Positions 17,734 to 27,221 of a stretch of DNA of 64,000 nucleotides are shown piece by piece. Below the pieces are notes generated by a model. That model saw only the letters and a list, made by a program, of their open reading frames with translations. It had not been told where the DNA came from and did not search any database. Location of the stretch: assembly GCF_028368995.1 (NCBI RefSeq), contig NZ_JAQNDL010000002.1:128001-192000 (forward strand), written 5' to 3'. Source of the DNA: Nannocystis bainbridge (GTDB taxonomy: Bacteria > Myxococcota_A > Polyangia > Nannocystales > Nannocystaceae). Made by a program: the position numbers and the translations under genes. Position 1 is the stretch's first letter; every line of letters starts with the position of its first letter.

Positions 17734-19890
17734 ATGAACCCGTGGATGAAGTGGATCCTCCTGGCGACCCCGATCGCGCTGACGCAGTGCCGCTCGAGCG
17801 CGGTGACCCCGATCGGCACCGTGACGCCCGACGGCAACAACAACGTGATGCTGGCGCACGGGCAAGGGGACGTGGCTTACGAGGCGCCGCCACACACGTT
17901 CTCGCCGCGCCCGCACCCGCCGCGCAGCCGCGGTGACGCGCCGCCGCCGAACCTGGCGGCGCTGCCGAAGATGGTGTCGCGGATCGATCAGTGCTACGGG
18001 CCGAGCGGTGGGGCGGTGGCGACGGGGTCGAGCCCGATCGCCCGGCCGGCGAAGAAGCCGGCGCCGGCGCAGCCGAAATACAAGCAGGTGCCCTACAACC
18101 AGGGCGGGGCCTCGCCGCCGCCGGCGCCCTCGCCGATCCAGAGCTCGCCGTCCGGCGGGGTGCTCGGCAAGGGCAGCGCCGGGCTCGGGGAAGGTCGCGC
18201 CAGCAGCCGCGGGTATGGGGACGCCGGGGGCGGTCCGCCGCCGCCGCCGACCACAGCTTCCAAGTCGGCGGCGCCGAAGCCGGAGTCGGCGGCCGACGTG
18301 CGCGCCGAGAAGAAGAAGCAGAAGGACGCCGAACGCCGGCGCGACAAGTCGGCCGAGATGGCGCCGTCGGCGAGCCCGCCGGCCGAGGCGCCGCTGGCCG
18401 CCCGCGAAGAGGCGGAGGACGCGAGCTCGGTGGCGTACGAGCCGGTCCGCCCGACCGACGGCGACCAGGAGCAGCAGTACAGCGACTGGGGTCAGGCGAC
18501 GTACCTCTCGAACGACGACACGATGAGCCTGTCGTCGGCGCAGCGGGTGATCTTCGCCATCGACAAGTTCTTGCCGGTGCCGCTCGAGCACATCCGCCCG
18601 CACGAGCTGCTCAACTACTTCTCGTTCGAGACGGCCGAGGTGGCGCCGACCGACGACTTCTCGGTGCTGCCCGAGGTCACCAAAGATCCGAAGCAGGAGG
18701 GCATCTACAACCTCGCGCTGGCGATCCGCGGGCGCCCGGTCGACAAGCAGGCGCGGCGCAACGGCAACCTGACGTTCGTGGTCGACCGCTCGGGCTCGAT
18801 GAGCGACGAGGGCCGCATGGACTACCTCAAGCGCGGCATGCGGAAGATGCTCGGCGAGCTCAAGACCGGCGACCTCGTCAACGTGGTGCTGTTCGACCAC
18901 GAGGTGTGCGTGCCGGTCGAGAACTTCGTGGTCGGGCGCGACAAGCCGGAGGCGCTCGAGAAGGCGATCGACAGGATGAAGCCGCGCGGGTCGACCGACG
19001 TGCACGCGGGCCTGACCCGCGGCTACGAGCTGGCCGACCGGGGCTACCAGCCGACCTACAACAACCGGGTGGTGCTGGTCACCGACGCGCTCGCCAACAC
19101 CGGCAACACCGACCCGCGGACCATGGCGATGGTCAGCAAGTACTACGACCAGCGGAAGATCCGCCTGTCGGGCGTCGGCGTCGGCACCGAGTTCAACGAC
19201 GCGCTGCTCGACAAGCTGACCGAGCGCGGCAAGGGGGCCTACGTGTTCCTCGGCTCGGAGGCGGAGGTCGACGCGGTGTTCGGCCCGCGCTTCATCTCGC
19301 TGCTCGAGACGACGGCGATGGACGTCCACTTCCAGCTGCACCTGCCGCCGTCGCTGCGCATGAACGTGTTCTACGGCGAAGAGAGCTCGGCGGTGAAAGA
19401 GGACGTGCAGGCGATCCACTACTTCGCCAACACCTCGCAGCTGTTCCTGGTCGACGTGATGGCCCGCGGCGACAAGAAGCTGCGGCCGCAGGACCAGATC
19501 ATGCTGACGATCGAGTACGAGGACCCGGAGTCGGGGCAGAAGATGCTCGAGGAGCGGGCGTTCTCGCTGGGGGAGATCGAGCGCGAGGCCTACAACATCC
19601 GCAAGGGCCGGCTGCTGATGGCGTGGGCCGACCGGCTGGCGCTGATGGCCTCGCGGCCGCAGCCGATCGGCACGGCGCCGGTGGCGGGCGCGTGGATCGA
19701 CGCCGACGGCTGGCAGCAGTGCGAGCAGGGCAAGGCGGACCTGCGCGACATGGCCCAGGGCATGAACGACCCCGAGGTCACGCGCGTGGTGTCGCTGTGG
19801 GACAAGTTCTGCGCGCGCTACGAGCAGCCGCGCAACCCGGTGCGCCGCACGCCGGCGTCCGGGCCCGACGCCTGGCCGTCGGCCCGCTGA
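17734..19890 (+). CDS. vWA-domain (YfbK-like) lipoprotein
   Basis: LTQC lipobox, IRPHELLNYF, FVVDRSGSM, GSTD..AGL, VLVTDALAN; AAGGAG RBS. Confidence 0.85.
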   Translation: MNPWMKWILLATPIALTQCRSSAVTPIGTVTPDGNNNVMLAHGQGDVAYEAPPHTFSPRPHPPRSRGDAPPPNLAALPKMVSRIDQCYGPSGGAVATGSSPIARPAKKPAPAQPKYKQVPYNQGGASPPPAPSPIQSSPSGGVLGKGSAGLGEGRASSRGYGDAGGGPPPPPTTASKSAAPKPESAADVRAEKKKQKDAERRRDKSAEMAPSASPPAEAPLAAREEAEDASSVAYEPVRPTDGDQEQQYSDWGQATYLSNDDTMSLSSAQRVIFAIDKFLPVPLEHIRPHELLNYFSFETAEVAPTDDFSVLPEVTKDPKQEGIYNLALAIRGRPVDKQARRNGNLTFVVDRSGSMSDEGRMDYLKRGMRKMLGELKTGDLVNVVLFDHEVCVPVENFVVGRDKPEALEKAIDRMKPRGSTDVHAGLTRGYELADRGYQPTYNNRVVLVTDALANTGNTDPRTMAMVSKYYDQRKIRLSGVGVGTEFNDALLDKLTERGKGAYVFLGSEAEVDAVFGPRFISLLETTAMDVHFQLHLPPSLRMNVFYGEESSAVKEDVQAIHYFANTSQLFLVDVMARGDKKLRPQDQIMLTIEYEDPESGQKMLEERAFSLGEIEREAYNIRKGRLLMAWADRLALMASRPQPIGTAPVAGAWIDADGWQQCEQGKADLRDMAQGMNDPEVTRVVSLWDKFCARYEQPRNPVRRTPASGPDAWPSAR

Positions 19891-19941
19891 GCCGGGTACG
19901 AACGAGGGCCGCGCGCCGCAGCTCGTAGGAGCGGCGGCCGC

Positions 19942-20021
19942 GGCCCTGGCCTTTGGGGCATGTCCTCAAAGACCTGGCGCGAGGAGCATGTCCCGGGGGA
20001 CATGCCCCTTCGGACTAGATG
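19942..20021. repeat. 14-bp-period CATG array
   Basis: Junctions at 19945 (CCTG), 19959, 19973 (CCTG), 19987, 20001, 20015 (CTAG). Confidence 0.85.
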
Positions 20022-20770
20022 CAGGGCGGCGAGGCCTCGATGGTGTGGCCGCAGTGGACCTCGGCCTCGGCGGGACCGGTGGCGGCGATCGTCAGGTGGT
20101 AGAGGCGGCAGGCGAGCGTGTTGCCGGTGGCGTCCTCGGCGTTGTACGGCTCGGTGTCCATGAAGTTGGCGCAGGTGGCCATGCACTCGCCGGGGCTCGC
20201 ATGCTCGCCCGGGCACAGCGCGGTGGCGATGGCGCAGAAGCCCTCGCAGTTCTGGCCGCACGCGCCGGCGCCGCCCGGGCCGGCGTGCACGCAGTGGACG
20301 GTCGGCTCGATCGAGGCCATGCCGGCGTGGTAGGCCCGGCAAGCCAGCGAGTTGCCCGAGGTCTCGCCCGGCGAGCCCTGCGGCAGGCCGCTGCAGGCGC
20401 CGAGGCAGCTCTCCAGGCTCGGGTACTGGGCGTCGACGAGGGTGCAGCTGCCCATCATCGCCGCGCAGTACATCATGCAGCCGGCGTCGGGATCGCCGCC
20501 GGTGGTGGTGGTGCCGGTGGTCGGATCGACGGGGCCGGTGGTCGGATCGGCGGGGCCCGTCGAGGTCGAGGTCGGCTCGTCGGTGGTCCAGCCGGTCGAG
20601 GAGGTCGTGGTGCTCGTGGTGGTCGTGAGGTCGCCGCTGGCCTGGGTCGCGGTCGTGATCACGGCGGTGCCGGCGGAGGTCGAGCCGGTGTCGTCGCCGC
20701 GCGAGTCGTCGAAGCAGGCGGAGGACAGGAGGGCACCGAGGAGGGGGAGGACGAGGACGCGAGAGATCAT
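20015..20770 (-). CDS. Lipoprotein with Thr-rich stalk and duplicated Cys/His-rich domain
   Basis: SSAC lipobox; two GNxLACRxYH...HCxH repeats. Confidence 0.8.
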   Translation of the reverse strand: MISRVLVLPLLGALLSSACFDDSRGDDTGSTSAGTAVITTATQASGDLTTTTSTTTSSTGWTTDEPTSTSTGPADPTTGPVDPTTGTTTTGGDPDAGCMMYCAAMMGSCTLVDAQYPSLESCLGACSGLPQGSPGETSGNSLACRAYHAGMASIEPTVHCVHAGPGGAGACGQNCEGFCAIATALCPGEHASPGECMATCANFMDTEPYNAEDATGNTLACRLYHLTIAATGPAEAEVHCGHTIEASPPCI

Positions 20771-21020
20771 GCGTGGGCCTTGCGTGGCGGGGTGAACCGG
20801 CGTGGACAGGTCACACGCCGCCGCTGCTCGCTTCCGTCGAGCGCGAGGCGTGCGCGATCCTGGCCTTGTCGATGGCGATCCGAGTCTGCGGCCCGCGCGA
20901 TCGGGTTGTCAACCGCGGGGCGTGGGGCTTTGGGGCCGCAGAGGCGCGGTGAAGAACCTGTCTGCAAGGACATGTGAACGCGGTAGACCGGGGCCGCGCG
21001 GCGAGTCGCGCGGGCCCGCG

Positions 21021-21341
21021 TCAGCGCAGGCAGACGTGGCTGATCTCCTCGGTCGAGGTCGCCCGGGCGATGCAGTCGCGCGCGCCCGGCGGCAGCGACA
21101 GGCCCTCGCAGCGCTGCAGCTCGGGCACGAACCGGCGGGCGAACTCCTGCTGCTTGCGCCGCGTCAGCACGGGGTCGCTGTAGCCCTGCTCGGCGAGCTC
21201 GAGGGCGACGATGCGGTCGAGGATGACGGCGCAGTCGTCGGCGCCGGCCCGCTCCGAGCGGCACGTCAGCAGCAACAGCGCCAGGCCGAGCGGGGCGAGG
21301 CGAGGCGAGCGCGGCGGCGGCGTGGGCTGCGGGTCGGTCAT
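21021..21341 (-). CDS. Small Cys-containing lipoprotein
   Basis: LLLLTC lipobox, four further Cys, helical. Confidence 0.65.
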   Translation of the reverse strand: MTDPQPTPPPRSPRLAPLGLALLLLTCRSERAGADDCAVILDRIVALELAEQGYSDPVLTRRKQQEFARRFVPELQRCEGLSLPPGARDCIARATSTEEISHVCLR

Positions 21342-21357
21342 GGCCGGGTGGTCGATG

Positions 21358-21438
21358 GGACATGTCCTCGAGGACAGTCCGGATAAAGCTGCTCGGTGAA
21401 GCTGAGGATGTCCCTCAGGACATGTCTTCGAGGACGGG
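21358..21438. repeat. Cluster of TGTCY-N4-RGACA units
   Basis: TGTCCtcgaGGACA at 21363; TGTCCctcaGGACA-TGTCTtcgaGGACG at 21409-21436. Confidence 0.75.
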
Positions 21439-21451
21439 TGGCAGCGAGAGA

Positions 21452-22288
21452 TCAGCGGTCGCGGGTGAAGTGGACGCGGATGGCGGGCGAGCGGGCGCGG
21501 ACTGGCCGGCCGTCGCGGTCGAGCGCGGGGGTGAAGCGGGTCCGGCGGGCGCAGGCGAGGGCGGCGGCGCCGAAGCCGTCGCCGGGGTCGGCGACGAGCT
21601 CGGCCTTTTCGACGACGCCGCGCTCGTCGACGAGGACCCGGATGGTGGCGACCTGCTCGTCGAGCGCCAGGCCGTCGGCCTCGAGCGGCCACGGGCAGTT
21701 CCATTCGCTGCTGGCGAGCGCGACCGGGCGCGAGCGATCGGCGGCGGTCGGAGCGGCGGGCGGTGGCTTGATCGGCGCGGGCTGGGGCGGCGGGGCGGTC
21801 GGCTGCGAGCTGGCGTTCGGGACAGGTCGGGTGCCGGTGCCGGTCGAAGTGGTGGCGCCGCCGACGTACGCGCTGGCTCCGCCGACGATGACGACGTCGC
21901 CGGTCAGATCGAGGGCGCCCGGCGGCGCGGCGACGACCCGGCCGGCGCGTGCGGGCGCGGGACGGGCAGGTTTGGCGGGCGCGGGCACGGCGGCGGCGAC
22001 GGCCGGGGCGGGCTCGCTGGCGGCCGGCGGAGGTTCGGGCGCGGCTGGCTCAGGGGGCGGCGGGGGCGGCTCGGTGCGCTCGACGTCGGCGAGCTGCAGG
22101 CGGGTAAGCTCGTCGTGCACGCGCGCGGCCATGGTGGCGCTCCAGGTCTCGAGCGTGGGCTGGGCCCGCAAGATCATGACGGCGAGGCCGAGGTGCAGGA
22201 CGACGGCGACGATGATCGCGTGGTGCCGCCGCGAGGCCGGCGGGGCGGCGGCGGCGAACACCTGGGCGGCGATGCCGGGCCGGGTCAC
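21452..22288 (-). CDS. tonB: Energy transducer TonB
   Basis: N-terminal TM segment with His (VLHLG), Pro-rich linker, C-terminal TonB domain (VDERGVV...GFGAAA...RFTPA); start approximate. Confidence 0.8.
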   Translation of the reverse strand: MTRPGIAAQVFAAAAPPASRRHHAIIVAVVLHLGLAVMILRAQPTLETWSATMAARVHDELTRLQLADVERTEPPPPPPEPAAPEPPPAASEPAPAVAAAVPAPAKPARPAPARAGRVVAAPPGALDLTGDVVIVGGASAYVGGATTSTGTGTRPVPNASSQPTAPPPQPAPIKPPPAAPTAADRSRPVALASSEWNCPWPLEADGLALDEQVATIRVLVDERGVVEKAELVADPGDGFGAAALACARRTRFTPALDRDGRPVRARSPAIRVHFTRDR

Positions 22289-22305
22289 GCGCGGGCCTCC
22301 GGGCA

Positions 22306-22450
22306 GGATGTCCCGCGGGACAGGTGAGAGAGGCGCGGGGCCGGGGCGAGCGGGGTCGGGCAGGATGTCCCGTGAGGCAGGTCGAGACACCGGTGAGACA
22401 GGGGCGTGTTCGCGCAGGATGTCCCACGGGACATGTCTTCTTGGACGTGT
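22306..22450. repeat. Cluster of TGTCY-N4-RGACA units between exbD and tonB
   Basis: TGTCCcgcgGGACA, TGTCCcgtgAGGCA, TGTCCcacgGGACA-TGTCTtcttGGACG. Confidence 0.75.
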
Positions 22451-22469
22451 GCGGAGGACGCCTGGCGAG

Positions 22470-22901
22470 TCACGGGGTCGCCTCCGGGGCTGGCGCGGGG
22501 GCCAGGGTGGCGAAGGCGACGCGGTAGACGCCGCCGCGCTGGAGGGCATCGATGGTGGCGATGACGCGGCGGTGGGCGACCTCGCCGTCGGCGTGGATGA
22601 CGGCGCGGACCTGGGGGCTGCGGGCGCGCACGGCGGCGGCGCGGCGGACGAGGTCGTCGTCGCCGGCGAGCGGCTCGCCGTCGACGAGGGTGGCACCGCG
22701 CTCGGGGACGATGACGCTCAGCACGACCTGGACCTCGCCGGCGGTGCTGGCCTCCGGCAGGTCCATCTCGACCGCGGGGGTGACGATGATCTTGGCGGTG
22801 ACGATGAAGATGATGAGCAGGACCAGGACGACGTCGACCATCGGCGTGACGTTGATGCCGACGATGAGGCCGCCCGGGTCGCCGCTGGAGTGACCGGCCA
22901 T
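22470..22901 (-). CDS. exbD: Biopolymer transport protein ExbD/TolR
   Basis: INVTPMVDVVLVLLIIF, VIHAD. Confidence 0.9.
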   Translation of the reverse strand: MAGHSSGDPGGLIVGINVTPMVDVVLVLLIIFIVTAKIIVTPAVEMDLPEASTAGEVQVVLSVIVPERGATLVDGEPLAGDDDLVRRAAAVRARSPQVRAVIHADGEVAHRRVIATIDALQRGGVYRVAFATLAPAPAPEATP

Positions 22902-23590
22902 CAGCGCGCCTCCGCCGGGCCTTCGGGACCTGGCTTTTCGGACATGTAGGCGAGGACGAGGTTGGTGAGCGCCTCGCTGCCCTGGCACAGCGAGGTGATC
23001 CGGCGCTGGAAGGCGTTGTAGGCGGCGACGGCGGGGAGGGCGACGAGGAGGCCGACGGCGGTGGCGACGAGGGCCTCGGCGATGCTCGACATGACGGCGT
23101 TGGAGGCGACCTGCGAGGCGGCGCCGGTGCCCCCGCCGTGGCCGGGCGCGGCGTGGCCGAGCTCCTCGAAGGCCGCGATGACGCCGATGACGGTGCCGAG
23201 CAGGCCGACGAAGGGGGCGTTGTTGCCGAGGGTGCCGAGGAATATAAGCCCGCGCTCGAGCTGGCCGCGCTCGAGCGCGAGGGCGCTCTGCATCGCGTAC
23301 TCGGCGGCCTTGGGGCCGCGGTCGGCGAGGCGCAGACCAGCAGCGGCGATCGCCGCGGCGACGCTGGGCGAGTCGGCGAGCAGCCGCAAGGCGCCGTCGC
23401 GGTCGCCGGCCTGCAAGAGGTTGCCGACGCGGCCGGCGAGCAGGCGCAGGTCGCCGCCGCGGGCGCGCAGGACCAACCAGCGCTCGACGGTGAGGGCGAC
23501 GCTGACGACCGAGAGCAGGCCGAGCAGCCACAGCACCCAGCCGGCGCCGGCGCGGAGGAAGAGCTGCTGGAGGGCGTCGATCGGGGTCAT
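22901..23590 (-). CDS. exbB: MotA/TolQ/ExbB proton channel protein
   Basis: APFVGLLGTVIG, IAEALVATAVGL.VA.PA. Confidence 0.9.
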   Translation of the reverse strand: MTPIDALQQLFLRAGAGWVLWLLGLLSVVSVALTVERWLVLRARGGDLRLLAGRVGNLLQAGDRDGALRLLADSPSVAAAIAAAGLRLADRGPKAAEYAMQSALALERGQLERGLIFLGTLGNNAPFVGLLGTVIGVIAAFEELGHAAPGHGGGTGAASQVASNAVMSSIAEALVATAVGLLVALPAVAAYNAFQRRITSLCQGSEALTNLVLAYMSEKPGPEGPAEAR

Positions 23591-23594
23591 GGGG

Positions 23595-24323
23595 TCACTC
23601 CTCGGCGGTCCAGGCCAGCCGCGGCGGGACGGCGATCATGGCGAAGCGCACGGCCGCCAGGGCGTCGGCGGCGGGCGAGGCCGGGTCTTCGGCGGCGAGG
23701 GCGTTGAGGTCGTGCGGGCCGGGGCCGAGCGCCGCGAGCTCGTCGAACTCGACGCCGGCCCACCAGGCGGCGCCGTCGACGGTGACCTCGAGCGCGCCGC
23801 CAGGGTCGAGCTCGAACGGGCCGATCCGCAGGCCCTCGAGGGTGCGGCTGCCGCGGAGCACGGGGGCGACGTCGAGGTCGGCGGTGAACTCGAAGGACAT
23901 GTCCCCGGAGACAGCCGTGCCGGCGAACCGCGCCGCGCGCCCGCCGGGGGCGCCCTCCTGCGCGCGCGGCTTGGCCTGCGTCTTGAGCCAGGTGACGCCG
24001 TAGTCGAGCATGGCCGAGCGGACCTGGCCGGGCAGGACCTCGAGCTCGCCGAGCGGCTGCGGCTGGGGGTCGAGCAGGTCGACGGCGGCGACGGCGGCGA
24101 ACTCGGCGGCCGCGGTGGCGCACAGCTCGGAGGACGCGGCCGCGGTGGCGCACAGGTAGAGCGGGCCGAGGCCGAGCTCGGCGCGCGTGAGGGTGACGGT
24201 CCAGGCGCCCACGGTCAGCTCGGTCGCGGCCCCGCGCGCCCGCAGCGGGGCCCGAAAGGCCGGCTCGCCGGTGGCGCCGCAGGCGGCGCAGAGCAGCAGG
24301 AGGATGGCTGGTCGAAGGGACAT
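23595..24323 (-). CDS. Lipoprotein associated with the TonB-dependent receptor
   Basis: LCAAC lipobox; beta-rich; lies between the TBDR and exbB. Confidence 0.75.
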   Translation of the reverse strand: MSLRPAILLLLCAACGATGEPAFRAPLRARGAATELTVGAWTVTLTRAELGLGPLYLCATAAASSELCATAAAEFAAVAAVDLLDPQPQPLGELEVLPGQVRSAMLDYGVTWLKTQAKPRAQEGAPGGRAARFAGTAVSGDMSFEFTADLDVAPVLRGSRTLEGLRIGPFELDPGGALEVTVDGAAWWAGVEFDELAALGPGPHDLNALAAEDPASPAADALAAVRFAMIAVPPRLAWTAEE

Positions 24324-24381
24324 GCGCGAAAGGACCGGTGACGAGGGACAGGTGTGAGAGGACAGGTCCGAAGAGGCAGGT
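24304..24381. repeat. 14-bp-period array filling the TBDR-lipoprotein spacer
   Basis: Junctions at 24321 (CATG), 24335, 24349, 24363, 24377 (mostly GGACAGGT). Confidence 0.75.
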
Positions 24382-24383
24382 GG

Positions 24384-27002
24384 CTAGAAGTGGAGGGTGA
24401 GGGTGCCCATGACGCTGAGCGGGGGGCCGGCGGCGAAGTGGCGGGCAGGCAGGAGGGAGGGGATCGGGCGGGTGCCCCAGTCGGAGACGAAGTTGTACTC
24501 GGTGGCGGCCCAGCGGCGGGCGAGCAGGTTGAAGACCTCGACGCCGACTTCGACGACCCTCCAGCGGACGGCGGCGCTGGCGTCGAGGAGGTGGACGGGG
24601 TCGGCGAACTGTCCGTAAGGCAAGGGCCGCGGGGACAGGTAGGAGTAGCCGAGGCCGACGCGCAGGCCGAGCGGGTGGCCCCCGAGCTCCACGAGGTCCT
24701 TGTCGATGCCGATGTCGCCGCGCACGACCACCGGCGGGACGTAGGGCAGCAGCTGGCCGGGGACGTAAGGCGGCGAGGGGTTCTCGGCGGTGGCCGGCGG
24801 CGGGGCGCGCAGGACGGCGTGCACGTAGGTGACGCTGCCGGCGGCGACCAGCCATGGGAGAGGGCGGGCGATCAACTGGAGGGCGGCGCCGGCCCGGCGG
24901 GTGGGGCCGACTTTCTCGAGCCGGCCCTCCTCGGGATCGAAGGCGAGGTCCTGGGCGAGGAAGGTGGCGAAGCCGGCGGCGCTGAGCTGGAGGCGACCGC
25001 CGAGCGGGCTCATGCGCACGCCACCCTCGGTGCTGTGGACCTTGGCGAACGGGGCCCGCTCGCCCTCGTCGAGCTGGCGCGCCTGCGGCGAGCGGTAGCC
25101 CTGGCCGTAGGCGGCGAACAAGCTGACCCAAGGGACAGGCGCGACCTCGAGGCTGACGCGCGGGCCGGCGGCCACGCCGGTGGCGGTGCGGCGGTGACCG
25201 ACGAGGTGGCTCTCGATCTGGTAGGGGGCGATGAAGTTGCCGAGGCGATCGTCGATGTCGTAGTGGAGGACGTCGGCCCGGCCGCCGCCGCGCAGGCGCA
25301 CGCGCTTGCCGAAGCGGAGGTCGAGGTCGCCGTAGAGGCCGACGTCGCTGGCGAGCACGGTGGCGTCGACGCGGCGGTCCCAGGTCTCGTTCTGCGGGGC
25401 CTGCAGCAGGTTCTGGGCCTGCTGGATGTTGTGAATCCGGGCCGAGGCGCCGACCTCGAAGGCGGCGTGGAACCACGGGGCGGGGCGCCAGCCGGCTGTC
25501 CGATGGGACAGGCGCATGCCGCCGCCGAAGTCGCGGTTCTGCTGCTCGATGAGGTCGCCGCGGCCGACCCACATCGGCATGACGACGCCGCGCTGGGTGT
25601 AGCCGGTGAAGTTCTCGCGGCTGTGAAAGTCGACGAGGGCGGTCCACACGGCCATGCGCGTGACGGCCCCGCGCTCGCCGCGGCGCTCGAGCTCGAGCGA
25701 GAGGTGGCCGCGCGCGGCGGAGGCGGACTGACTGTTGGCGGAGGGGTCGCCGTAGCTGTCGTAAAAGCCGACGTCGCCGGCGGCGACGTCGTCGCGGCGG
25801 AGGACCCCGGCGAGGCCGGCCCGCGCGGCGTAGGCGGCGACGTGGACCTTGCCGCGCCAGCCACCGGCGGCCGAGAAGGCGAACTGGCCCATGGCCATGC
25901 CCGAGAGGCCGCCGCGGTTGATGCCGAAGCCGCGGGTGCGGCGGACGGCGGCGGCGGCGAAGGTCTCGTCCTCCTGACCCTTGGGGGCCCACAGCACGAG
26001 CTGGCGGAAGGTGGCGAAGGAGCCGCCGGTGCTGCGCAGCTGGACGCCGCGGCGGGGGACGGCGAGGTCGAAGTCGATGCTGCCGGCGACGGCGAAGTCG
26101 CCCTGCCGCGGGTCGTAGACGCCCTCGGTGACGCGGATCGATCGCACGGTCTCGGGCACGATCCAGTTGAGGTCGGCGTAGCCCTGGCCGTGCAGGTGCG
26201 AGACCTGGTTGAGCGGCAAGGCGCCGGCGGTGATCTCGATGTCCTGACCGTGCGCCGCGTTGAAGCCGCGCAGGGTGATCTCGTGGGCGACGGCCTCGCC
26301 CTCGGCGCGGGCGACGTAGACGCCAGGGGCGCTGCTCAGCATGTCGGCGGCGCTCTGCCGCGGCGGGGCGGCGAGGATGTCGCGCTCGACGACAAAGTCG
26401 CTGGCGGCCCGCGGCGGAGGCCGGCGGCTGCGAGCGGCGACGTCGAGGACGGGCTCGCTATCGCTGGGGGCGCCCGGCGGGGTGGTCGAAGGGGCAGGTG
26501 AGGTGGTCGAAGGGACAGGTTGCTTCGGGGTGGCCGAAGGGGCAGGTTGGCTGTCCGAAGAGGCAGGTTGCGCGGGGCTGTCCGAGGGGGCAGGTGATGG
26601 GTCCGAAGGAGCAGGTTGAGCGGGGCTGTCCGAAGGAGCAGGTTCGACGTCCGCGGGCTGGACCGGGGGGGCGAAGCTGAAGGGGACGCGGATCTTGACG
26701 GCCACCGGGAGGTCGCCGCGGCGCGCCGGCTCGAACCGCCACTGCTTGACGGCGGCCACGGCGGCGTCGTCGAAGGCGGCCCCGCCGCTCTTGAGCACCT
26801 CGGTGGCGCCGACCCGGCCGTCGGCCTCGACGGTGACGGCGAGCTCGACGGCGACGGTGTCGCTGCGCGCCTCGGCGAGCGGGTAGACGGCGTCGACGCG
26901 GTGCCGCGGGCTCGGCGGGACGACGGCAGGCGCGGCCCACCCCGGAGCGGCCCACAGGCACGCCGCGAGGCAGGCGCAGAGGGTGACGCGAGCGCGTGAC
27001 AC
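24384..27002 (-). CDS. TonB-dependent outer-membrane receptor with fused N-terminal TonB-C domain
   Basis: Signal peptide, TonB-C domain (FDDAAVAAVKQWRFEPA), plug domain (LRGF..HGQGYADLN), barrel ending in F. Confidence 0.9.
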   Translation of the reverse strand: MSRARVTLCACLAACLWAAPGWAAPAVVPPSPRHRVDAVYPLAEARSDTVAVELAVTVEADGRVGATEVLKSGGAAFDDAAVAAVKQWRFEPARRGDLPVAVKIRVPFSFAPPVQPADVEPAPSDSPAQPAPSDPSPAPSDSPAQPASSDSQPAPSATPKQPVPSTTSPAPSTTPPGAPSDSEPVLDVAARSRRPPPRAASDFVVERDILAAPPRQSAADMLSSAPGVYVARAEGEAVAHEITLRGFNAAHGQDIEITAGALPLNQVSHLHGQGYADLNWIVPETVRSIRVTEGVYDPRQGDFAVAGSIDFDLAVPRRGVQLRSTGGSFATFRQLVLWAPKGQEDETFAAAAVRRTRGFGINRGGLSGMAMGQFAFSAAGGWRGKVHVAAYAARAGLAGVLRRDDVAAGDVGFYDSYGDPSANSQSASAARGHLSLELERRGERGAVTRMAVWTALVDFHSRENFTGYTQRGVVMPMWVGRGDLIEQQNRDFGGGMRLSHRTAGWRPAPWFHAAFEVGASARIHNIQQAQNLLQAPQNETWDRRVDATVLASDVGLYGDLDLRFGKRVRLRGGGRADVLHYDIDDRLGNFIAPYQIESHLVGHRRTATGVAAGPRVSLEVAPVPWVSLFAAYGQGYRSPQARQLDEGERAPFAKVHSTEGGVRMSPLGGRLQLSAAGFATFLAQDLAFDPEEGRLEKVGPTRRAGAALQLIARPLPWLVAAGSVTYVHAVLRAPPPATAENPSPPYVPGQLLPYVPPVVVRGDIGIDKDLVELGGHPLGLRVGLGYSYLSPRPLPYGQFADPVHLLDASAAVRWRVVEVGVEVFNLLARRWAATEYNFVSDWGTRPIPSLLPARHFAAGPPLSVMGTLTLHF

Positions 27003-27091
27003 CGGGATCGAACGGTTAAGAGATCGAGGCCGAGGCCGTCAAGCGAGCGGGCCGCTCCCGCACTCGAGTCGCTGTTGTCAGCCGACTGCAA

Positions 27092-27108
27092 TTGCAATGC
27101 GAGTGCAT
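27092..27108 (-). promoter_or_regulatory. Putative Fur/Zur-family metal-repressor box upstream of the TBDR operon
   Basis: TTGCAAT-gcg-AGTGCAT (TGCA-N7-TGCA), AT-richer than its surroundings, 90 bp upstream of the start. Confidence 0.4.
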
Positions 27109-27221
27109 GTGCGGATTGTGCGCGAAGTGGCTTCGGGCGGCCCCAGGCGGCGCGCACGGGCGCCAGGGGACTTACGCGGCGAGACCGTGGGCGGCGAACG
27201 GGCCGTCCGGTCGGAGTTAGG

